Below are positions 20,424 through 30,337 of a stretch of 64,000 nucleotides of DNA, piece after piece. Each line of letters opens with the position of its first letter. Position 1 is the stretch's first letter. Under the pieces are notes generated by a model that saw only the letters and a program-made list of their open reading frames with translations, ran no database searches and had not been told where the DNA came from. A program made the position numbers and the translations under genes. Source of the DNA: a virus. The stretch is taken from positions 2,650 through 66,649 of the IMG/VR virus record IMGVR_UViG_3300022752_002410. One strand, 5' to 3'.

Positions 20424-22886
20424 ATGCTCAATATTTGGTCACAAAATAGTGGTTATACATTTGGAACATATCAAGAAAATGTTCCTCTAAACTTGTCTTT
20501 GCCTATTAATTTAGGCATATCTAATGTAAAGTTTCAAATAATATCTGGTAAATTACCCTTAGGACTTAGGTTAGAAAATGCCCTAATAAAAGGTACTCCA
20601 AAAGAAGTAGTTAGGACTACTACGTTTAAATTTTGTATAAGAGCCAGTAAGAATAATGAAATAACAGATCGCACATTTAATATAATAATTGAAGGTGCAG
20701 ATGAGCCTAATTTTGTTACTCCTGAAGGATTATTACCTGTAGGCGAAAACAAAACATTTTTCGCCTTAGATAGAACTCCTATAGAATTTTTTATACAAGC
20801 AGAGGATTTTGATACTGCTGCTGGGCAAAAATTACGCTATTTTATCAGCAGCGGTGACGGGGAACTTCCCCCTGGTCTTACTTTAGAAGACGATGGTAGA
20901 CTTCATGGACTTATTGATCCATTATTGGCTGTATTTGTTGATGATCGTAATGGTGGATACGATACTATAAATTATGATCTATATGGCTTTGACTATGGCA
21001 TCAAATCAGATAATGGTTTTGATACCCTCAATTATGACATGGTAACATATGATTACTTTAGTCCATTAAGAGTTCCACGTAAGTTAAATCGTAACTATGA
21101 ATTCATTGTCAGTGTAAATGATGGTGACACTGTAAAAAAACGTAAATTTAGAATATATGTTGTAGGTGAGGATTTCCTCAAATCAGATAATACAATTATT
21201 AAAGCAGGAACTAATTTCTATCGTGCAGATAATACTGATTTAAGAAAACCAATATGGATGACCAGTCCAGATCTTGGTATACTCAGAGGCAATAACTATC
21301 ATATTATAAAACTAGACATATACGATATGATTGCACTAGGGCAGATACAATATTATTTAGAACCAAGAATAGATCCTTCAGATCCTACAAGTCCTAAAAG
21401 TCAATTACCACCTGGAATGAAATTAGATATTAAGAGTGGAGAACTATTTGGTATAATCCCATTTCAAAGTAAAAGTATAGAAACATATGTGTTTACAATA
21501 ACAGCCACAAGATTTGGACGTAAGGCTGATCAATCTGCAATGAGTAGGACATTTACAGTAAAAATATTAGGTGAAATTGATAGTACTATGTCATGGTTAA
21601 CAGATGCTGATCTCGGTGTACAAGATGCTAACCTGGTTTGTAATCTTAATATACGTGCTAGCAGTACATTAAATAACGCTCAAATATTTTATAACCTTAT
21701 AAGCGGTCAATTACCACCAGGTCTTACATTAGAAAAGAATGGTGAAATTACTGGTAAAATTAGACAATACCCTAGCTCAGGTGCTGACTTTCAATTGGGT
21801 ACCAGTGATGATTTAAAAGGAATGACCACAATATATGATACTTTAGGAACTACTAGAACAAATAGTATATTTGATGGTGGTACTACTACATTTGACAAAA
21901 CTTATAAATTTATTGTAAGAGCCAATGATCAAAGTGATTATAGTTCTATAGACAGAGAATTCACTATTAATATAGGAACACCACACAATAAACTGTTTAG
22001 TAATATGTATGTTACAGCCTACATGCATGAATATAAACGAGATCTTTATAATAATTTTTTAAACAATGAATCAGTGTTTCCTAGGGATTATATATACAGA
22101 CCAGATGATAAAAACTTTGGTGTAAGAAAAGATCTAAGAGTATTACTATTTGCAGGTATAGAAACCCTTATAGCCAAAGAATATGTTAGTATGATAGGTC
22201 TTAATCATAAGAAGAAAAGATTTAGATTCGGTGAAGTTAAAAGTGCTGTGGCCAAAACACCAGGAACAAATAGTGTGGTCTATGAAGTGGTCTATGTACA
22301 AATGATAGACGGACAAGATTTTAAAGATGACAAGCTACCTTTAAGCTTGACCATAGACGACTTTAATAGAAGAAATCTTGATCTTAAAATAAAAATGGTC
22401 AAAGCCAATAACATAATTAGTGCTGACGCTAGTAATTATATTTGGAAAACTGCCGAGCAGGATTACTATGTAAGTGACAAAGAACCATTTATTCGTAGAC
22501 CGTTAGAAGCGATAACTGTTGATCGTAGTGATTTACAAGTTAGTGATTTTAGAAGTCGTAATAGATATCCTAACACTTATACTAATTGGCGTAGAAGAAT
22601 AAAGGGTTGGAGCAGCGGCTCTAACAGTGTAATTAACGAACCTAAATATTTGCCTTTATGGATGCGTAGTTTTCAAGATAATAGACAAGAATTAGGCTTT
22701 ACATTGGCCTTGCCATTATGTTATTGTTTAGCTGGTACTAGTAAACAAATTCTTTTAAATATAAAAAATAGCAATTTTGATTTTAAGAATTTAGACTTTA
22801 CAGTGGATAGATATATTATAGACAGTGTAACTGGACTTGGACAGGACAGTTTCCTAGTATTCCAAAATAAAGAGGTTGTAGTATGA
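20424..22886 (+). CDS. Virion structural protein with putative Ig-like (He_PIG-type) repeats
   Basis: Repeated G.LPPGL.L...G.I.G motifs; located in the structural block. Confidence 0.7.
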   Translation: MLNIWSQNSGYTFGTYQENVPLNLSLPINLGISNVKFQIISGKLPLGLRLENALIKGTPKEVVRTTTFKFCIRASKNNEITDRTFNIIIEGADEPNFVTPEGLLPVGENKTFFALDRTPIEFFIQAEDFDTAAGQKLRYFISSGDGELPPGLTLEDDGRLHGLIDPLLAVFVDDRNGGYDTINYDLYGFDYGIKSDNGFDTLNYDMVTYDYFSPLRVPRKLNRNYEFIVSVNDGDTVKKRKFRIYVVGEDFLKSDNTIIKAGTNFYRADNTDLRKPIWMTSPDLGILRGNNYHIIKLDIYDMIALGQIQYYLEPRIDPSDPTSPKSQLPPGMKLDIKSGELFGIIPFQSKSIETYVFTITATRFGRKADQSAMSRTFTVKILGEIDSTMSWLTDADLGVQDANLVCNLNIRASSTLNNAQIFYNLISGQLPPGLTLEKNGEITGKIRQYPSSGADFQLGTSDDLKGMTTIYDTLGTTRTNSIFDGGTTTFDKTYKFIVRANDQSDYSSIDREFTINIGTPHNKLFSNMYVTAYMHEYKRDLYNNFLNNESVFPRDYIYRPDDKNFGVRKDLRVLLFAGIETLIAKEYVSMIGLNHKKKRFRFGEVKSAVAKTPGTNSVVYEVVYVQMIDGQDFKDDKLPLSLTIDDFNRRNLDLKIKMVKANNIISADASNYIWKTAEQDYYVSDKEPFIRRPLEAITVDRSDLQVSDFRSRNRYPNTYTNWRRRIKGWSSGSNSVINEPKYLPLWMRSFQDNRQELGFTLALPLCYCLAGTSKQILLNIKNSNFDFKNLDFTVDRYIIDSVTGLGQDSFLVFQNKEVVV

Positions 22887-23839
22887 GTCAAATAAACCCA
22901 AATAGTGTGAATCCAAACTTTCCTGTAGAGGGACAGGATAACCCAAGTCAAGGGTTTAGAGACAACTTTGCTAATATTAGAACAGCACTAGAAAGAGCTA
23001 GAGATGAAATTGATGATTTAGAATCTTTTACAGCCAAAGTAAGAGATGCTACTAATGTAAACACTCTAGTTACAAATGATTTTAATAAAAATATAATTAA
23101 CAATGCCGTTTTAGATTATACATCTACTAGATTTCAACCCGTTATAGGCAATGTTTCAGGAGCAAGTGTGCCTATTAATTTAGAACTTGGTCTAGTACAT
23201 AAGGTTCAAGTTTCAGGATCTGCAACGCTACAATTTATAAATTGGCCTACTCCTATAAATTCAACTATTAGCATATGTCATAAGATTGTTCTACATATTA
23301 AATTTAACTTTGCCTCTAATGACGAAAATAAATTTACATATAAAGTAAAATTTACTTCAGAGGGCGGTGGTATTATCAAATCCTGTACTCCTTTACTGTA
23401 TGAATTTAATCAAAACAATAGTTATAGTTGGTATCTACAACCTAGCATAATCAGTGAAATAGCCAGTAAAGATGGTGTAATATTAAATAATATAAGTTTG
23501 TTAAGTAATAATGCTAGTTTCAGCTGTAATAGTACTAGCCTAAGTCCTGGGCAATTTGTAACTGTTTCTGGCACTAAAACTGGTTCGGCTACTATAGCCA
23601 ATTATACCAATCCAACTACATATAAAATATCAAGTACCAATACTACTACTAACTTTACCTTGGTTAATTTAAATAATTCACCAATAGTAACTAATACAGG
23701 TACACTAACAGGATTAGTGTTTAAAAAGCATGATAATATAGATCATGCTAATGAATACGAACATGTATTTAAAGTATGGAGTTACGACCAAGGAGTCACA
23801 GTTTTTGTTAATTATATAGGGAAATTTATTGGCGTATGA
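22883..23839 (+). CDS. Probable virion structural protein
   Basis: FPVEGQDNPSQGFRDNF N-terminus; beta-rich; overlaps the preceding gene. Confidence 0.6.
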   Translation: MSQINPNSVNPNFPVEGQDNPSQGFRDNFANIRTALERARDEIDDLESFTAKVRDATNVNTLVTNDFNKNIINNAVLDYTSTRFQPVIGNVSGASVPINLELGLVHKVQVSGSATLQFINWPTPINSTISICHKIVLHIKFNFASNDENKFTYKVKFTSEGGGIIKSCTPLLYEFNQNNSYSWYLQPSIISEIASKDGVILNNISLLSNNASFSCNSTSLSPGQFVTVSGTKTGSATIANYTNPTTYKISSTNTTTNFTLVNLNNSPIVTNTGTLTGLVFKKHDNIDHANEYEHVFKVWSYDQGVTVFVNYIGKFIGV

Positions 23840-24069
23840 TACATCCTCTTGTTGATACTACTGATCTTACTGACAAACAGCTTGAAGAAAAAATCCAAGA
23901 ATTAAGTAAAAAATATTTTATGGTGGGAGGAGCTGAACTTAAAAATCAAGTTGCTCTCATACTAAACATCTATAAAAATGAATTACAAAATCGCAGAATG
24001 AAAAGTTACGAAGAACAATTTGAGAAAAATAAAGAAAAAGGACTTGACAATTTAATTAATTTTAATTAA
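23836..24069 (+). CDS. Hypothetical protein
   Basis: ATGA overlap with the previous stop; helical. Confidence 0.7.
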   Translation: MIHPLVDTTDLTDKQLEEKIQELSKKYFMVGGAELKNQVALILNIYKNELQNRRMKSYEEQFEKNKEKGLDNLINFN

Positions 24070-24072
24070 AAT
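24044..24072 (+). promoter_or_regulatory. Sigma70-type promoter, probably giving a leaderless mRNA
   Basis: TTGACA(24044-49)-17 bp-TAAAAT(24067-72)-6 nt-ATG 24079. Confidence 0.7.
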
Positions 24073-24078
24073 ATATAC

Positions 24079-24567
24079 ATGAAAATAGATAAATTTGGTC
24101 ATTGTATATACGAAGAGCAGGACTTAATCGAACTCGTATATCAAGATAAAGTGGACTTAATAAGTCAAGTATATACTGACATAGTTATTGATGGCTTAGA
24201 AACTAAGCAGATAGATCAAGATATTTACGATATAGAAATCGAAGACTATGATAGAATATGTCAAAGTGAATGGCTAATACCAGAAGAATATAAAAACTTT
24301 GATATCGAAACTTGGCTATATAATCAAATACCGCCTTGGGATAATGCCAATATTCGAATACGAGAAGAATTGGATTTATTTAAAGATAAAGACATGTTAG
24401 ATATATTACGCTGGCTTAAGTATCTTATTGATACTGCTAGGTCTAATAATGTTGTTTGGGGTGTAGGTCGAGGTAGTAGTGTAAGTAGCTATGTTTTATA
24501 TTTAATAGGGGTGCATAAGATAGATCCGATTAAATACAATCTAGACTATAGGGATTTCCTACGTTAA
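24079..24567 (+). CDS. Stand-alone DNA polymerase III alpha (DnaE)-like fragment
   Basis: R..EEL..., GVGRGSSVSSYVLYLIGVHKIDPIKYNL; stops before the catalytic PDIDxD motif. Confidence 0.8.
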   Translation: MKIDKFGHCIYEEQDLIELVYQDKVDLISQVYTDIVIDGLETKQIDQDIYDIEIEDYDRICQSEWLIPEEYKNFDIETWLYNQIPPWDNANIRIREELDLFKDKDMLDILRWLKYLIDTARSNNVVWGVGRGSSVSSYVLYLIGVHKIDPIKYNLDYRDFLR

Positions 24568-24574
24568 GGAGAAT

Positions 24575-24778
24575 ATGATGAAAGAAGGTCAAAAGAAAAT
24601 ATATCGTAGTGCTAATGGTAGAGAAGTTGATATTGAAAAACTACGTAGCATGAATGAAACTGTATTGGCTGTTGGCAATGCCAAAGTTAATGCCAGGGGT
24701 GATGAACTAGGCCCAGGTGGTAAAATTATTCGTCGCCGTGAAGAAATTCAAAATGAATACTACAAAGGTAAACAATGA
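24575..24778 (+). CDS. Hypothetical protein
   Basis: AAGGAG RBS; overlaps the groES start. Confidence 0.75.
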   Translation: MMKEGQKKIYRSANGREVDIEKLRSMNETVLAVGNAKVNARGDELGPGGKIIRRREEIQNEYYKGKQ

Positions 24779-25095
24779 TCAAAGGTAAAATTACTCCAAT
24801 TAGAGACAATGTGCTTGTAGCTGACATGGAATTTGACTCCAGAACAACTAAGAGTGGCGTCTTCCTACTAAATGATGATGGTAAAGATACAGGGATCAGA
24901 CCACGCTGGGGCCGTGTTTGGGCCGTAGGTGATGAACAACAGCATCTAAAAGTAGGAGATTGGGTACTAGTAGAACATGGTCGTTGGACTAGAGGAGTTA
25001 AAGTTGAGACACCAAATGGTGAGGAAACTGTAATCCGTAGAATCGACAACGATTGTATTATGGCTGTAGCCGATGAACGACCCAGCGAATTCTAA
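24775..25095 (+). CDS. groES: Co-chaperonin GroES-like
   Basis: ITPIRDNVLV, TKSGVFL, G.V.AVG, LKVGDWV, DCIMAV. Confidence 0.8.
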   Translation: MIKGKITPIRDNVLVADMEFDSRTTKSGVFLLNDDGKDTGIRPRWGRVWAVGDEQQHLKVGDWVLVEHGRWTRGVKVETPNGEETVIRRIDNDCIMAVADERPSEF

Positions 25096-25122
25096 ATGTA
25101 GCATTTGTCGTAAAGAGTATAG

Positions 25123-25146
25123 CCCTGCCTGTGATTATAGGCAGGG
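25123..25146. other. GC-rich intergenic hairpin without a U-tract
   Basis: CCCTGCCTGT-GATT-ATAGGCAGGG. Confidence 0.7.
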
Positions 25147-25172
25147 ACGTTGCCCACATCATCCAAGTTTTC

Positions 25173-25201
25173 TTGACACGCATCACTTAAGATTTTATAA
25201 T
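25173..25201 (+). promoter_or_regulatory. Consensus sigma70-type promoter
   Basis: TTGACA(25173-78)-17 bp-TATAAT(25196-201). Confidence 0.85.
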
Positions 25202-25239
25202 CTATTCACTAACATTAAAAAACTTTTCAAGAGGTAATT

Positions 25240-26160
25240 ATGAAAGAACTTTGGGTAGAGAAGTATAGGCCTCAAAATCTGGACGGCTATGTTTTCAGAG
25301 ACGAACATCAACGCAAACAAGTCGAGAATTGGATCAAGGAAGGAACTATACCGCATTTATTGTTTAGTGGTAATGCAGGTATAGGAAAAACTACATTGGC
25401 TAAAATACTATTAAATGAGTTAGAAATCAACGACTTAGATGTTTTAGAAATCAATGCTAGTCGTGTTAATAGTGTAGATGATGTTAGAGGTAAAATTGTA
25501 AGTTTTGTTCAAATGATTCCTTTCGGTGATTTCAAAGTTGTACTACTTGACGAAGCTGACTATTTAAGTGTTAATGCACAGGCAGCTCTACGTGGAGTTA
25601 TGGAAGAGCATCATACTACAGCAAGATTTATTTTAACCTGTAATTATCCTAATAGAGTTATTCCTGCTCTACATAGTCGTTGTCAAGGGTTCCATATTGA
25701 ACGTGTAGATCAAACTGAATTTACTGCTAGAGTAGCCACTATTCTGGTAGAAGAAAATGTTGAATTTGATTTAGACACATTAGATACTATTGTTAAAGCC
25801 ACATACCCAGACTTAAGAAAATGTATCAATACTGTACAAATGAACTGCATTAATAGCACATTATTCATGCCTGATCATAGTGACAGTATTGAAGCTGATT
25901 ATAAGCTAGAAATGGTACAATTATTTAAAAATGGCAAAATTAATGAGGCACGTAAACTGTTGTGCGGAAATGCCAGACCTGAAGAGATGGAAGATATCTA
26001 TCGTTGGTTGTACGATAATATAGAATTATTTGGTGATGATGCCAAGCAGGAAAAGGCTATATTAATCATCAAACAAGGTCTGGTGGATCATACATTGGTC
26101 AATGATCCTGAAATTAATCTAGCTGCTACACTAATAAGATTGGCTCATGTTAATGACTGA
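25240..26160 (+). CDS. Clamp-loader AAA+ subunit (T4 gp44/RFC-small-like)
   Basis: WVEKYRP, GNAGIGKT, LDEAD, ALHSRC. Confidence 0.92.
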   Translation: MKELWVEKYRPQNLDGYVFRDEHQRKQVENWIKEGTIPHLLFSGNAGIGKTTLAKILLNELEINDLDVLEINASRVNSVDDVRGKIVSFVQMIPFGDFKVVLLDEADYLSVNAQAALRGVMEEHHTTARFILTCNYPNRVIPALHSRCQGFHIERVDQTEFTARVATILVEENVEFDLDTLDTIVKATYPDLRKCINTVQMNCINSTLFMPDHSDSIEADYKLEMVQLFKNGKINEARKLLCGNARPEEMEDIYRWLYDNIELFGDDAKQEKAILIIKQGLVDHTLVNDPEINLAATLIRLAHVND

Positions 26161-26641
26161 TAAACCCAATAGTGCCAAGGGTCGTACTAGTTATGATTCT
26201 ACAGCGGGCGGAGGATTAATTAACTTCTTTAACAAGAATGTTACTCCTTATCCCACAGATATAGGTGCTCCAAAGTTTGATCTTGTTCCTGTTGAAAAAC
26301 AAAAAGATATCATGGTTAATGTAGCACGCCTACATGCTCAACAAGAATATCAACGTATTATGGATCTTGTAGCAGTGCTACAACGTCAAGCAGATCAGAT
26401 CAAACGTAGACTAGAAGTTACTGATGCTGTACATGCAGCCAAATATCAGTTTCAAATTTTTCATGGAAAAACTTATTGGCTCTTGTATGATACTCAAGAC
26501 AACTGTACAAGATTATCTATAATGGGTCCAGATGACTGGAGTACTGGATCACCTAGTCAGTATGAATATATAACCCGTGTCAAATGGCTGGGCGACTACA
26601 GCTGGATAGAAGTAGACGCCCAAGGCGCGCCAGTTAATTAA
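26147..26641 (+). CDS. Hypothetical protein (DUF2452-like)
   Basis: Coiled coil followed by AKYQF...GKTYWL..LSIMGPDDW. Confidence 0.55.
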   Translation: MLMTDKPNSAKGRTSYDSTAGGGLINFFNKNVTPYPTDIGAPKFDLVPVEKQKDIMVNVARLHAQQEYQRIMDLVAVLQRQADQIKRRLEVTDAVHAAKYQFQIFHGKTYWLLYDTQDNCTRLSIMGPDDWSTGSPSQYEYITRVKWLGDYSWIEVDAQGAPVN

Positions 26642-27354
26642 TCACCGTATATTGATAATACCTCCTTCACGGCTTGATGGCGTTCGATATCTTTGGCTTC
26701 AAATCTAACGATATCGATATGCTCTGTTCGTTTATGTTTCCCGAGTAGGTTGCAAAATTCGACCAACCCATTGTCCTCTAGTCTATCTGCTTGTGCCAGA
26801 TCACCTGTGACTACCATGCGGCTTTGGTCTCCTAATCTTGTCAGTAGCATTTTCATTTGATTTGCTGTAGCATTCTGCATCTCATCGGCTATGATCCAGG
26901 CACGTTTGAATGTGCGCCCTCTCATATAGGCCAAAGGGCTGATCTCAATCACACCCTCACTTAACATTTCTACTATATCTTTTTGACTATAATATTCTCC
27001 TAAAACGTCAAATATGGGCTTGGTCCATGGCTCCATCTTTTGATTTAATGTACCAGGTAAAAATCCCAAGTCCTCATCTACACTAACGGCGGGTCTTGTT
27101 ACTATGAGTTTATCTACTTTGCCCTCTTGAAAAAACTTAATCCCTGCTTGAACTGCCAGTAAAGTTTTACCTGTACCTGCTGGTCCTATAGCAAATAGTA
27201 TACTATTATCTTCATTTTGAAGTTTTTGTATATATGATTTTTGGGTTTCATTTCGAGGATACAAGTGTACCCTACAGTTTTTTTGGGGAATAAATGTGGC
27301 AAAATCTATCACATTCACATTTGAGGTAAAGCGTTTTTTCACTCTTCTGCTCAT
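26638..27354 (-). CDS. phoH: PhoH-family ATPase
   Basis: GPAGTGKT, LGFLPG, YMRGRTF, DEMQN, TGDLAQ.D. Confidence 0.95.
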   Translation of the reverse strand: MSRRVKKRFTSNVNVIDFATFIPQKNCRVHLYPRNETQKSYIQKLQNEDNSILFAIGPAGTGKTLLAVQAGIKFFQEGKVDKLIVTRPAVSVDEDLGFLPGTLNQKMEPWTKPIFDVLGEYYSQKDIVEMLSEGVIEISPLAYMRGRTFKRAWIIADEMQNATANQMKMLLTRLGDQSRMVVTGDLAQADRLEDNGLVEFCNLLGKHKRTEHIDIVRFEAKDIERHQAVKEVLSIYGD

Positions 27355-27361
27355 CCAGTAA

Positions 27362-27428
27362 CTCCTACTTAGAAAAGTAGGACATGTAGTACCGCCCGAT
27401 ATCTACAGAGGTCCTACAATTTTATTTA
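27362..27428 (-). promoter_or_regulatory. phoH leader: TAAATA promoter plus mutually exclusive hairpins covering the SD
   Basis: Minus strand: TAAATA..GTAGGAC-CTC-TGTAG..CTACA-T-GTCCTAC-TTTTCT-AAGTAGGAG..ATG. Confidence 0.6.
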
Positions 27429-27503
27429 ATCTTCTACAGGATAATCATAAGGTTACACTAAAATTCTAACACGATAAATAATATAGTAAATTCTGGGCAC
27501 ATT

Positions 27504-28085
27504 ATGAAAGACATTTTAGACGTTATTCGCAACGTAGATACTATCTATAACAATAATAGCAGTCTTGCTGTACTTAAAGACTTTGAACGTGTATTGGATG
27601 AAATGGATATCTATGTGTATAAAAACTGGTTAGACGGTGAGCTACTCAGTGGCCCTAAAATTAGTAGGCATTGGGTCAGTGCCGAATTCATGTGGCCTAA
27701 GAATAAAATGCCTGATCCAGATGGTGCTCGTCGTCTTATGGAAATAGGCTGTAAAGTTAAGTTTACACGGGATGAAATGGTTGAACCACGTAAAATACGT
27801 AGCCCAGATGATTTCAGACCAGGCACTAAAAAGGGCAAACTTGATGCACATCCAGTATGGGTCGTTAAAATACTAATGCCCAAAAAATTAGTATTTGATA
27901 TTTTTAATAGTTATATGGATCGGATAAGAGAAGAACGTAAGGGTGATACTAAAGAACAGCAACAACCTGCTCCAATGGCACCACCAGCTCAACCAGGAAT
28001 GGCACCACCAGCTCAACCAGGAATGGCACCAGCAGCACCAGCAGCAGGAGTCCCAGCAGCACCAGCAGCAGGAGCACCAATGTAA
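27504..28085 (+). CDS. Hypothetical protein with Pro/Ala-rich tail (24-bp repeats)
   Basis: ORF downstream of GATAAATA; MAPPAQPG x2. Confidence 0.75.
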   Translation: MKDILDVIRNVDTIYNNNSSLAVLKDFERVLDEMDIYVYKNWLDGELLSGPKISRHWVSAEFMWPKNKMPDPDGARRLMEIGCKVKFTRDEMVEPRKIRSPDDFRPGTKKGKLDAHPVWVVKILMPKKLVFDIFNSYMDRIREERKGDTKEQQQPAPMAPPAQPGMAPPAQPGMAPAAPAAGVPAAPAAGAPM

Positions 28086-28816
28086 TGCTCAACGAAACAT
28101 TAATGGCCAATGATCTACAATTTTTAGTAAGTAGCGTAATTGAGATAGACAGTTATAAAAGTAAAATTGGTGACGATAGCAAAATGATCGTAATCAGTTT
28201 TAATGTAGATGATAAAGAACCTGCTGATGATTTAGTAAGGTTTTTAGAGCTTGGCTATGACTGGGTAGTGGATGCTGATGCTACAGACGGGCCTATTGAC
28301 ACTGGAAAATATAAAGTATTCGTAGAACTAGAGCGTAATAAACATGCTCCAGAAAGAATAATCACTATATTAGACGCTGTTAAAAAATTAACAGGAATTG
28401 AAAATTTTAGATTTAGGTATTATAAAAGTTTTAGAACACAACCAGCTGATGATAATAATATTAGAAATACTGTACCTTTAGATAAAGAAGCATATACAAT
28501 AAGCATTAAAGAAAATAGACTTAATAATTTTAGTAATTTCTTTTCACAAAGCTACTTGGATAATATTGAAATGCTAGATCATGATATTAGGTTTACTAAA
28601 ATGTTTGCCGAAAGTCTACAGATGAAAATAAAAGATTTTGGCACAATTAAACAAGTTTACGAGCGACTAGATGGACGTATTGATGTTGGTCCTAAAGCAA
28701 TTAGCGAAAGTATTTTTTTAACAAAATATTTAGGAAACTACAACATAACAAAAATAGGTGATGACTTTATTCTAGAAAATGAGGGACATGCACTAGTATT
28801 GGAGAGAGCGAGATGA
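28085..28816 (+). CDS. Hypothetical protein
   Basis: TAATG overlap with the previous stop; 243 aa. Confidence 0.75.
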   Translation: MLNETLMANDLQFLVSSVIEIDSYKSKIGDDSKMIVISFNVDDKEPADDLVRFLELGYDWVVDADATDGPIDTGKYKVFVELERNKHAPERIITILDAVKKLTGIENFRFRYYKSFRTQPADDNNIRNTVPLDKEAYTISIKENRLNNFSNFFSQSYLDNIEMLDHDIRFTKMFAESLQMKIKDFGTIKQVYERLDGRIDVGPKAISESIFLTKYLGNYNITKIGDDFILENEGHALVLERAR

Positions 28817-29442
28817 GTTTTACTTTTGATTTTACCAAAGAGCAACTTAAACAGATGATACCTGGTAATCCCTATGTGGAATATTGGTACAACGCATTAA
28901 GTCAAATCCTTCCAGAATATGAAATTAATACACCACAACGTGTAGCAGCATTTATTGCTCAATGTGCCCATGAGAGTGGTGGGTTTAAATTCCTTAAGGA
29001 AAACTTAAACTATAGAGCAGCCAGCCTACGCAAAGTGTTTCCTAAATACTTTCCAGATGATGCCACTGCTGCTGCCTATGCTAATAATCCAGAAAAAATT
29101 GCTAATCGTGTGTATGCTAATCGTATGGGCAATGGAGACGAAGCAAGCGGTGATGGTTTTAGATATTGTGGCAGAGGGCTTATTCAATTAACAGGTAAAA
29201 ATAATTATACATTTTTTGCTGGTAGTTTGGATATTCCTGTAGAAGAAGCCAGTGAATATTTGGAAACATTTGAAGGCGCTGTACAAAGTGGTTGTTTCTT
29301 TTGGGAAATGAATAAACTAAATACCTGGGCAGACCAGGGAGATATACTAACATTAACTAAGAAAATTAATGGCGGCACTATTGGCCTAGCAGATCGTGAA
29401 AAACATTATAAGCACGCCTTACACGTATTTGGAGTATCATAA
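28813..29442 (+). CDS. Endolysin, glycoside hydrolase family 19
   Basis: AAFIAQCAHESGG, ENLNY, GRGLIQLTG..NY, INGG..GL.DR. Confidence 0.9.
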   Translation: MSFTFDFTKEQLKQMIPGNPYVEYWYNALSQILPEYEINTPQRVAAFIAQCAHESGGFKFLKENLNYRAASLRKVFPKYFPDDATAAAYANNPEKIANRVYANRMGNGDEASGDGFRYCGRGLIQLTGKNNYTFFAGSLDIPVEEASEYLETFEGAVQSGCFFWEMNKLNTWADQGDILTLTKKINGGTIGLADREKHYKHALHVFGVS

Positions 29443-30059
29443 TGATAGAATGGATCATCACCAGTATTTTACTCAACTTACCCGGATGGTTTTGGTTAGT
29501 TAGTTCGGGTGTAGGATTCGCAGCATTTTTCTTTGCCAGTATTTTTAGTCATATTCCTCATCTACGTCCTTATATGACATTGGTCAAACCAATAGGTGGT
29601 TTAGTAATATTGGGCAGTGTGTTTATGTATGGTGGCACTGAAATCAATAATATCTGGGAAGAACGTATTAAAAAGGCTGAAGCAGAGATTGCTGCTAAAG
29701 AAAAACTTGCCGACGAAGCCAGTGAAAAGTTAGCCAAGGAAAATGCAGATAAAAGACGCTTATTAGAAGAGGCTAACCAAAAACAAAAAGAACTTACTAA
29801 TAAACTTGGTCAGGCTATAGCGGCTGCTAGAAGTCAGCCTGGTGGCACAAAGACTGTAACACAGATTGTGGTTGAGAATTTAGGTGATGAAGAACGTAAA
29901 AAATACGAATCTATGAACGCAGAACAAAAAGCCAAGTACGAACAACAAATAGAAGAACTGGTCAAAAATTCAAAAGATTGTCCAGTTGTTCCAAAATTTA
30001 TTATTGATCAAATTAATCAAGCATCCACTAATAAACTTAAAGCAGGAGAACAAAAATGA
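29442..30059 (+). CDS. Putative i-spanin (Rz-like)
   Basis: N-terminal TM helices, long coiled coil, C-terminal CPVVP; follows the endolysin. Confidence 0.6.
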   Translation: MIEWIITSILLNLPGWFWLVSSGVGFAAFFFASIFSHIPHLRPYMTLVKPIGGLVILGSVFMYGGTEINNIWEERIKKAEAEIAAKEKLADEASEKLAKENADKRRLLEEANQKQKELTNKLGQAIAAARSQPGGTKTVTQIVVENLGDEERKKYESMNAEQKAKYEQQIEELVKNSKDCPVVPKFIIDQINQASTNKLKAGEQK

Positions 30060-30337
30060 AAAAACTAATATTTGTTCTTCTCGTATCCAGTCTGGCAGGA
30101 TGTGGAATGTTTAATAGGTTTATTCCTGTTCAACAAAAATGGCCAGAACAAAAAGATCAAACTCTATTACAGTCCTGTCCTGATTTGAAAAAAATAGAGG
30201 GTGATCAAGTGGCCATAACAGACTTGTTAAAATCCATAGTAGATAACTATACTCTTTACTATCAATGTAGTCTAAAAAATGAAGGCTGGAATGAATGGTA
30301 TAGAACACAAAAAAATCTTTGGGAGAAAAAGAAATGA
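30056..30337 (+). CDS. Putative o-spanin lipoprotein (Rz1-like)
   Basis: Lipobox LAGC; LLQSCPDL...NY..Y..C. Confidence 0.7.
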   Translation: MKKLIFVLLVSSLAGCGMFNRFIPVQQKWPEQKDQTLLQSCPDLKKIEGDQVAITDLLKSIVDNYTLYYQCSLKNEGWNEWYRTQKNLWEKKK

